DNA of 64,000 bases from Alphaproteobacteria bacterium. GTDB taxonomy: Bacteria; Pseudomonadota; Alphaproteobacteria; UBA7985; JAUIBT01. A program made the translations under genes and the position numbers. A model generated the notes under the pieces. That model made no database searches. It worked only from the letters and a program-made list of their open reading frames with translations, and had not been told where the DNA came from. The stretch's first letter is position 1. Each line of letters starts with the position of its first letter. This document shows positions 57,254 to 64,000 of this stretch, in pieces. The DNA lies in contig JAUIDR010000002.1 of assembly GCA_030428565.1 (NCBI GenBank), positions 72,658-136,657 on the forward strand. The letters are read 5' to 3'.

Positions 57254-58414
57254 ATGGCGAGCGCAATGACTTTACTTTTGGGCACAACCAAAGGCGCTTT
57301 CTTGGTGCGCGATGACGGCCAGCGCGCGGGCTGGCAGGTCAGCGGCCCTTTTTGTGATGGCGCCCCCATCAATCACTTGGTCGGCGACCCTAAAAGCGGG
57401 CGTATCTGGGCCGGCGGTGGCGGCGATTTCCACGGGGCTGGCGTCTGGCGCTCGGACGACCTTGGCCAAAGCTGGCAACTCACGCGCCTCACCAAAGGCA
57501 TGATGGACGATTGGGCGGCCAACGACGCGGATTTCGCCAAGATGGTCGGTTGGAGCCCTGAGGCCCTGCCCTTCGGCGAGGACTTTAAGCAGGTCTGGTC
57601 GCTGCATTACGCCCACGGCAAGCTGTATGCGGGCACTAAGCCCGCCCAACTGCTGGTCAGCGAGGACCAGGGCGAGACCTGGCAAAGGGTTGATGGTCTG
57701 ACCAACCATCCCTCGGCCGAAAACTGGAACCCAGGCGCGGCGGGCTTGGTCCTGCACACTCTGGTAAGCGATCCCAACAACCCCGACAAGCTGTGGGCCG
57801 GCATCTCTGCCGCCGGGGTCTTCGCGACCGAGGACGGCGGCCAGAACTGGCAACGACGCAACCGCTTGTCGAATGCTGAGGCCTGCGAACACAGCAATCA
57901 TCCGGCTGCCCCACGCGACGGCGAGACCGGCCACTGCGTCCACAATATGATGCGCGCACCAGGCGATGGCGATTTGCTCTATCAGCAGAACCATCACGGG
58001 GTTTGGCGCTCGCCGGACGGCGGCCGTTCTTGGGATAATATCACCGAGGGCCTGCCTTCGACCTTTGGCTTTCCTATCCGCGTGCACCCCCGCGACCCCC
58101 AGACCATTTGGACACTGCCGCTCAACGGAGACATGGCGGGCCGCTTTCCGCCGGATGCGGCGGCGGCGGTCTGGCGTTCGCGCGACGGCGGGCAGAGCTG
58201 GCAAGATATGCGCGATGGCCTGCCGCAAGAAGCCTGCTATTTCACTGTGCTGCGCCAAGCTATGACGGGCGATAACCAAGACCCCGCGGGCCTTTATTTC
58301 GGCACCAACTCGGGCTCGGTTTATGCCAGCACCGACGAGGGCGATACCTGGCAAGAGATCGCCCGCCACCTGCCGACCATTCTGGCGGTCGAGCTGCTGG
58401 AGACCGCAGTCTAG
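57254..58414 (+). CDS. cytoplasmic BNR/Asp-box repeat beta-propeller protein (sialidase-superfamily fold), function unknown
   Basis: Six S-x-D-x-G-x-(S/T)-W Asp-box repeats (SDDLGQSW, SEDQGETW, TEDGGQNW, SPDGGRSW, SRDGGQSW, STDEGDTW); no signal peptide. Confidence 0.55.
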   Translation: MASAMTLLLGTTKGAFLVRDDGQRAGWQVSGPFCDGAPINHLVGDPKSGRIWAGGGGDFHGAGVWRSDDLGQSWQLTRLTKGMMDDWAANDADFAKMVGWSPEALPFGEDFKQVWSLHYAHGKLYAGTKPAQLLVSEDQGETWQRVDGLTNHPSAENWNPGAAGLVLHTLVSDPNNPDKLWAGISAAGVFATEDGGQNWQRRNRLSNAEACEHSNHPAAPRDGETGHCVHNMMRAPGDGDLLYQQNHHGVWRSPDGGRSWDNITEGLPSTFGFPIRVHPRDPQTIWTLPLNGDMAGRFPPDAAAAVWRSRDGGQSWQDMRDGLPQEACYFTVLRQAMTGDNQDPAGLYFGTNSGSVYASTDEGDTWQEIARHLPTILAVELLETAV

Positions 58415-58542
58415 CCCCGACTGCCCAGGCTTGCTGATGAGCACAACGGTCCGGCGCTGAGATCCGAACAAATGCGCATGGACCCGAAACGCTGGTCTGG
58501 CTAGCATGGCAGCTTGACCCTGCCAGCCATAGAGCCGCAACC

Positions 58543-59781
58543 ATGCCGTCCAGCCCACAACCGCCCCTTGACTTTGATCCGCTAGGCCCCGCCTTCGCAG
58601 CGGACCCGCACGCCAGCTATCGGCGCTTGCGCGACCTCGGGCGGCCCTACTACTACGCGCCCGAAGATACTTGGATGCTGACCCGCTATGCTGATGTGCG
58701 CGCCCTGGCACTGGACGAGACCATGTTGCGCAGCGTCGATGGCCTGGTCAGCCCCGAAGAGCAGCGCGCGCTTCAGGTCAAGGCGGGCATGCACGACATG
58801 CCCTATCACGAGCGCTATGTGCAGCAGAATATGCTGGATATCGAGGGCCAGAAGCATGATCGCCAGCGCAAACTGGTGTTTCGCGACTTCACACCGGCGC
58901 TGGTCGAACGCCAACGACCCTACATCCAAGCCCTGGTGGATCGCTTGCTAGGCCCCTTGATCGAGACCGGGCACTTTGATTTTGTTGGTGATTTCGCGGC
59001 ACACGTGCCAGGCCACGTTATCGGCCATATCCTGGGCGTGCCGGAAGCCGACTCACCCCAGCTGCGCCGTTGGTCAGAGCATGTTGTGCGCTACTACAAC
59101 GTTGGGCGGACGATCGAGCAAAAGCAGCAAGCCGAGACCGCAGTTCGCGAATTCCACGCCTATCTGAGCGGCATGATCGCTGAGCGTCACAAGCGCCCCA
59201 CCGACGACTTGATGAGCCGCCTGGTGACGCACGAGAAGGCTGGGCGCACCGATGCGGACGAGACCATTTCGCTCGCCATGCTGATTTTGATGGCCGGGCA
59301 CGGCTCGACCATTGATGTACTCGGATCTGGCTTGCACAGCTTGTTGCGCTTTCCCGATCAGCATGAGCGCCTGCGTGCCGACCCCGGCCTGATGCGCAGC
59401 GCCGTACACGAGATGTTTCGCTTTGAATCGCCCCTGCCCTACTTCCACCGTTTCTCGACCCGCGAGGCGCTGGTCGCCGGGCAGCGATTCCCCCGCGGCA
59501 CGCGCTTCGGGCTGCTGTATGGGGCGGCCAACCGCGACCCGGAGCAATTCGAAAACGCCGATCACTTCGATGTGGGCCGCCAACCCGTGCGCCACATTGC
59601 CTTTGGCGGCGGCGCCCATTTTTGCCTGGGCAACCACTTGGCGCGCTTGGATATGGAGATCATCTTTACCGCGCTCAATCAGCGCCTTCGCTCAATCCAG
59701 TTGCGTGAAGAACCGACCTACAAGCGCGGCCTGTCAGTACGAGGCCCACAAGCGCTGCAGATTGAGGTTTTCCCTGCCTAA
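58543..59781 (+). CDS. cytochrome P450
   Basis: Heme-thiolate loop FGGGAHFCLGNHLA, ExxR (HEMFR) and the overall 412 aa length. Confidence 0.8.
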   Translation: MPSSPQPPLDFDPLGPAFAADPHASYRRLRDLGRPYYYAPEDTWMLTRYADVRALALDETMLRSVDGLVSPEEQRALQVKAGMHDMPYHERYVQQNMLDIEGQKHDRQRKLVFRDFTPALVERQRPYIQALVDRLLGPLIETGHFDFVGDFAAHVPGHVIGHILGVPEADSPQLRRWSEHVVRYYNVGRTIEQKQQAETAVREFHAYLSGMIAERHKRPTDDLMSRLVTHEKAGRTDADETISLAMLILMAGHGSTIDVLGSGLHSLLRFPDQHERLRADPGLMRSAVHEMFRFESPLPYFHRFSTREALVAGQRFPRGTRFGLLYGAANRDPEQFENADHFDVGRQPVRHIAFGGGAHFCLGNHLARLDMEIIFTALNQRLRSIQLREEPTYKRGLSVRGPQALQIEVFPA

Positions 59782-59911
59782 TTTGGCATGACGTAAGTAA
59801 CCGCAAGGGCTTTGTGGCAGCTCAATGCGGGACGGCTAATTGCTTGAAACACTTATGTTTTCCAAGATGCGGCTGCAGGGCGCGTCTGGACCGCGACGCA
59901 AGGAGAACCCT

Positions 59912-60904
59912 ATGACAGCCGAGACCAATCAGCCAAATGGCGAGGCCGCAAGCAAGAGCGATGCCCAGCCCAGCGCCGCGACCTTCGATCCTTCGCAAGC
60001 GCCTGCAGCTGACCAAGAAGCCGCCCCCGCCAAGGCCCGCTCGCTCCCGCCGAGTCTGGCCGAGATCAGAGACGCCTTCGAGAGCGGGGCTTTTCCTTAC
60101 GACAACCGCCTTAGTCGCCGCAGCTACGAGCGGCAAAAAGCGGCGCTGCAGGTCGAGCTTTTGAAGGTGCAAAAGTGGGTCGCAGAGACCGGACAGAAAA
60201 TCGTGGTGCTGTTTGAAGGCCGCGATGCAGCGGGCAAAGGCGGCACCATCAAGCGCTTCATGGAGCACCTCAACCCGCGCGAAGCCCGCGTGGTCGCGCT
60301 CACCAAGCCCAGCAACGCGGAACGCGGACAGTGGTTTTTCCAACGCTATATCAATCACTTACCGACATCAGGCGAAATGGTCTTCTATGACCGCAGTTGG
60401 TACAACCGCGCCGGCGTGGAACGGGTCATGGGCTTTTGCGAGCCTAACGACTATCTGGAATTCATGCGCCAGACCCCCGAATTGGAACGCATGTTAACGC
60501 GTTCGGGCATTATGCTGTTCAAGTACTGGTTTTCGGTCACACGCGAAGAACAGCTCCGCCGTTTTGCCAGCCGCCAGAGCGATCCTTTGAAGCAATGGAA
60601 ACTCTCCCCCATCGACCGCGCCAGCCTGGACAAATGGAGCGACTATACCGAAGCCAAGGAGGCCATGTTCTTTTATACCGACACCGCTGATGCGCCTTGG
60701 ACCATCATCAAGTCCGACGACAAGAAGCGCGCGCGTATCAATTGCATGCGCCACTTCCTCAGTCGCCTTGATTATCCCGGTAAGAACCCCAAAGTCGCCA
60801 AGGCTCCTGATCCGCTGATCGTGGGCTCGGCGAACCATGTCATTCACCGCTCCGAGCATATTTTGGGCACTTCGCTGCACCCAGAAACGCGCCACGCGGA
60901 CTAG
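59912..60904 (+). CDS. polyphosphate kinase 2 (PPK2 family, single-domain)
   Basis: Walker A FEGRDAAGKGGTIKR, PPK2 lid and conserved blocks (YDRSWYNRAGVERVMGF); low-complexity N-terminal extension; start at MTAETN. Confidence 0.8.
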   Translation: MTAETNQPNGEAASKSDAQPSAATFDPSQAPAADQEAAPAKARSLPPSLAEIRDAFESGAFPYDNRLSRRSYERQKAALQVELLKVQKWVAETGQKIVVLFEGRDAAGKGGTIKRFMEHLNPREARVVALTKPSNAERGQWFFQRYINHLPTSGEMVFYDRSWYNRAGVERVMGFCEPNDYLEFMRQTPELERMLTRSGIMLFKYWFSVTREEQLRRFASRQSDPLKQWKLSPIDRASLDKWSDYTEAKEAMFFYTDTADAPWTIIKSDDKKRARINCMRHFLSRLDYPGKNPKVAKAPDPLIVGSANHVIHRSEHILGTSLHPETRHAD

Positions 60905-61098
60905 TGCTGCTGGCCTTGGCAACTCCAACCCCTGTAAACAAAGCTTGACAATACAGAACATTTAAAGAACGTCAACGTATCAGCACCTCCTCGTGGGATG
61001 CGCAGGACTAGATAGGAGATGTTGAGGACAAAACTACTCTCTTCCACATCTATCGAGATCGACACGTTAGAGACCTTGCCAAGCTAACCAAGTGGTTA

Positions 61099-61829
61099 GG
61101 CGAAAAATTTGAGGCGACTAATAAGGCGGGTGCTGCAGCGCAAACTTCTCGCAGAGCTCTGTCGTCTCGCCAGACCCAGGATATCGCGGAGATTGGCTCG
61201 ATTGCGGATATCACGGCGTACGATCAATACATGAAACGCAAGGGGCGACCGAAGGGAACAGGCAAGCTGGCTCCCTATGACGGTCCGCTGGTCGAGTGGC
61301 TGACCCAAGATGCTGACCTGACCTTGAGCCAACTCAAGGCTGCCTTGCTTGAGGCCACTGGCGTCAGCGCGGCTGGGCTCTCAAAGGTGAGCGCCTAGAG
61401 ATGGATGCTCCCTTTGGCCATTGGAAGACCCAGACCTTTATCGCTGGACTGACCCAAGACGCCCTCATTGCACCTTGGGTGATCGAAGGCAGCATGGATG
61501 GTCAGGCCTTCCAGGCCTATATCAGCCAGGTTCTGGTGCCTCAGCTTGAGCCTGGCACCGTCGTGATCTTGGATAACTTGGCCACCCACAAGAACCAGCA
61601 AGCTGGCGAGGCTTTGAAGAAAGCGGGGGGCTGGTTCTTGTTCCTGCCGCCTTACAGCCCGTACCTCAACCCCATCGAGATGGCCTTTGCCAAGCTCAAG
61701 GCGCACTTGCGTCGGATTGGAGCGCGGACCTTCGACCAGCTCTATGAGGCCCTGGCCGACATCTGCGCCATGTTCGAGCCACAGGAATGCTCAAACTACT
61801 TCAAAGCCGCCGGATATGCGTCAAATTAA
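61099..61829 (+). mobile_element. IS630/Tc1-mariner-family insertion sequence remnant (internally deleted transposase)
   Basis: The frame from 61099 encodes the C-terminal half of the IS630 HTH domain (…RKGRPKGTGKLAPYDGPLVEWLTQDADLTLSQLKAALLEATGVS…) and ends at a stop at 61397. The ORF at 61401-61829 encodes the C-terminal DDE region (…VILDNLATHK…FLPPYSPYLNPIEMAFAKLKAHLR). The middle DDE segment carrying the first catalytic Asp is missing. Confidence 0.6.
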
Positions 61830-61966
61830 AAATGAAGCGCTCTAGAACGCGCCAACACGCGCTGTACCGACACCTTATCGCGCCGCTGGTTCACCCGGCA
61901 GGCCCCGGCCAAAACCGCTATTTGCCTGCCTTGAGACCCCAACATGCAATCGGACCGACCAACAAT

Positions 61967-63112
61967 CTAAAGCGCAGCGTCGAACAGTTGGGTCAGGTTT
62001 TCAGCGTTCAAGGGCACTGGATTGCCGCCGCACGATGGATCAATCACCGCGCCTTCCACCAGCGCGGGGATGGCATCCGCGGTAACGCCCAGCTCTTTTA
62101 GACCGTGGGGTATGGCCAACTGGTCGTTTAGCGCCTGCACGAAGTCCTGGAAGCCGGCAAAACCGCCGCTGATGCCAAGATAGGCCGACGCAGCTTCAAA
62201 GCGCTCGGCAATGGCAGGCGCATTGAAACGCAGCACGGCAGGCATGCAGACCGCGTTCGTGGTACCGTGGTGGGTGTTGAAGTGCGCGCCGACCGGATGA
62301 CTCATGGCGTGGATCGCGCCGAGGCCCTTCTGGAAGGCAGTCGCGCCCATACCCGCAGCGACCAGCATGTTGGCCCTGGCTTCAATATCGGTTCCATCGG
62401 CATAGGCGCGCGGCAGATAGTCCTTAACCAAGCGCATGCCTTCCAGCGCGATGCCCTGTGACATGGGGTGAAAGTGCGGGCTGGAGTAAGCTTCGACACA
62501 GTGCGCAAAAGCGTCTAGGCCGGTGCCCGCCGTAATGAATTTCGGCATGCCAACTGTCAGCTCTGGATCACAAATGACCACCGCTGGTAAAACCTTGGGG
62601 TGGAAGATGATCTTTTTAACGTGGGTCTGGCTATTGGTGATGACGCTGGCGCGGCCCACTTCCGAGCCCGTGCCCGCCGTGGTCGGCACCGCCACGATGG
62701 GCGCGATGGCCTCGGCATCTGCGCGAGTCCACCAATCGCCGATATCCTCAAAGTCCCAGACCGGACGCGTCTGGCCCGCCATGAAGGCCACCATCTTGCC
62801 TAGGTCCAGGCCAGAGCCCCCACCAAAGGCAACCACGCCGTCATGGTCGCCTTGCTTGAAGGCCTCAACGCCTGCCGCCAAGTTGACCTCGTTGGGGTTG
62901 GCATCGACCTCGCTGAACAGCGCACGACCAAGGCCCGCAGCCTCCATAATGTCCAAGGCGGCCTGGGTGATGGGCAGGCTCGCCAAGCCGCGATCTGTGA
63001 CCAACAGCGGGCGCTTCATGCCCGCCTGAGCACAAGCCTCGCCCAGCTCCTTGATTCGCCCTGCGCCAAACTTGATGGCCGTAGGATAAGACCAGTTTCC
63101 AACCAGGCTCAT
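61967..63112 (-). CDS. iron-containing (group III) alcohol dehydrogenase family oxidoreductase
   Basis: 381 aa; Fe-ADH glycine-rich NAD motif GGGSGLDLGK and His-rich metal site region. Confidence 0.75.
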   Translation of the reverse strand: MSLVGNWSYPTAIKFGAGRIKELGEACAQAGMKRPLLVTDRGLASLPITQAALDIMEAAGLGRALFSEVDANPNEVNLAAGVEAFKQGDHDGVVAFGGGSGLDLGKMVAFMAGQTRPVWDFEDIGDWWTRADAEAIAPIVAVPTTAGTGSEVGRASVITNSQTHVKKIIFHPKVLPAVVICDPELTVGMPKFITAGTGLDAFAHCVEAYSSPHFHPMSQGIALEGMRLVKDYLPRAYADGTDIEARANMLVAAGMGATAFQKGLGAIHAMSHPVGAHFNTHHGTTNAVCMPAVLRFNAPAIAERFEAASAYLGISGGFAGFQDFVQALNDQLAIPHGLKELGVTADAIPALVEGAVIDPSCGGNPVPLNAENLTQLFDAAL

Positions 63113-63160
63113 GCAAACATTTCCTTTTAGATCAAATGCGTAAATCGATTTAGCCAGGCT

Positions 63161-64000
63161 CTAGCCGGTCACTTTCTTCAAGTGATAGGACTTGGGCCGG
63201 GTCAAGTTGTGATAGCCAATGACGGACAGGCCGCCGCCGCGTCCGGTGTCTTTGCAGCCCGTCCAGCATAGGCCGGGGTCCAGATAGTCAGCGCGGTTCA
63301 TAAAGACCGTTCCCGTCTCAATGGCGGCCCCGAGGCGTTCGGCGCGCGCCACATCGCGGGTCCATAGCGAAGCGGTCAGGCCATAATCGCTGTCGTTCAT
63401 TAGCGCGACGGCTTCTTCATCGCTCTCGACCTTCATAATGCCCACGACCGGACCAAAGCTCTCCTCACGCATGACGCGCATATCGTGGGTGACATTGGTG
63501 AGGATTTGCGGCGTCAGGTAGGTGCCCCCATCGTCACTAGTAAAGGTGGCGATGTGGGCAATTGCGCCTGCAGTCACCGCCTCGCTGATCTGAGCGCGTA
63601 CCTCGTCGGCAAAGCGCCTGTTGGCCATGGGGCCGATGCTGGTGGCCGGGTCCAGAGGGTCGCCCAACTGGTAGCCCTCAACGATGGCCACGGCCTTTTC
63701 CAAGAAGGCATCATAGAGCGGGGCTTGCACATATATGCGCTCAATTCCGCAGCAGCACTGGCCCGAATTGAACATGGCCCCATCAATCAAGGTCTCGGCC
63801 GCTGCATCCAGGTCGGCATCATCCATGACATAGCCCGGATCTTTGCCGCCGAGTTCGGTGCTCACCGGGGTGAAGGTACCCGCAGCCGCGCGCTCCATAG
63901 CCGCGCCGCCCGCCACAGAGCCCGTGAAATTGACGAAGTTAAAGGCACGTCCGGCGATGAGCTGGCTGGTCACATCGTGGCTCAAGAAGAGGTTCTGGAA
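63161..64000 (-). CDS. aldehyde dehydrogenase family protein (C-terminal part; 5' end lies beyond the window)
   Basis: The ALDH catalytic block EESFGPVVGIM and the conserved GGxxxGG-type region are present; the reading frame is still open at the window edge. Confidence 0.7.
   Translation of the reverse strand, partial: FQNLFLSHDVTSQLIAGRAFNFVNFTGSVAGGAAMERAAAGTFTPVSTELGGKDPGYVMDDADLDAAAETLIDGAMFNSGQCCCGIERIYVQAPLYDAFLEKAVAIVEGYQLGDPLDPATSIGPMANRRFADEVRAQISEAVTAGAIAHIATFTSDDGGTYLTPQILTNVTHDMRVMREESFGPVVGIMKVESDEEAVALMNDSDYGLTASLWTRDVARAERLGAAIETGTVFMNRADYLDPGLCWTGCKDTGRGGGLSVIGYHNLTRPKSYHLKKVTG

Noticed and set aside
57272-58711. 479-aa minus-strand ORF
   Set aside because: Antisense to the BNR-repeat gene. 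Arg/Ala/Gly-rich with no motifs. The sense strand has clear Asp-box periodicity.

Overview
High-GC (about 62-65%) chromosomal segment with an alphaproteobacterial gene repertoire: a DUF1476 zeta ATPase inhibitor, an rpsU-divergent COQ9-like gene, the large class II ribonucleotide reductase NrdJ, a heterotetrameric sarcosine oxidase operon soxBDAG, a 7Fe ferredoxin and CarD. I see no rRNA or tRNA genes, no CRISPR array and no obvious defence island.

Most of the window is core metabolism and transport:
- rhodanese and metZ;
- an ArsR/SRPBCC pair;
- the molybdenum cofactor genes mobB-moeA-moaD-moaE;
- a BMP-family nucleoside-type ABC transporter operon;
- S-formylglutathione hydrolase;
- nrdJ;
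- two succinate-semialdehyde dehydrogenase paralogs;
- soxBDAG with a divergent GlxA/AraC regulator;
- terC, fdxA, carD, rpsU, bioY, rpmF and trxB;
- prfB, which carries the canonical programmed +1 frameshift;
- a detoxification-like cluster (APH-like kinase, nitroreductase, two GSTs), a P450, a PPK2 and a truncated IS630-family transposase remnant.

The less ordinary content is:
(1) A PPP-phosphatase-like ORF whose metal-binding motifs look substituted, sitting next to a CapA/PgsA-type metallophosphoesterase that has a long low-complexity linker and a basic tail, followed by a divergent pair of 'HE'-initiated periplasmic proteins (a DUF4198-like protein and an unknown).
(2) Two apparent frameshifts in small secreted proteins: a tandem-SH3b protein with a Cys-rich C-terminal domain, and a 6-Cys mini-protein inside an AT-rich islet next to soxG.
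(3) An unusual density of short intergenic tandem repeats, including a 4x27-bp array in which every unit can fold into a hairpin, downstream of fdxA.
(4) An orphan FrhB-like Fe-S flavoprotein, and a cytoplasmic six-Asp-box (BNR) beta-propeller next to the P450, PPK2 and the IS remnant.

All functional calls rest on motif and family recognition by eye from the supplied translations. Start codons are approximate.
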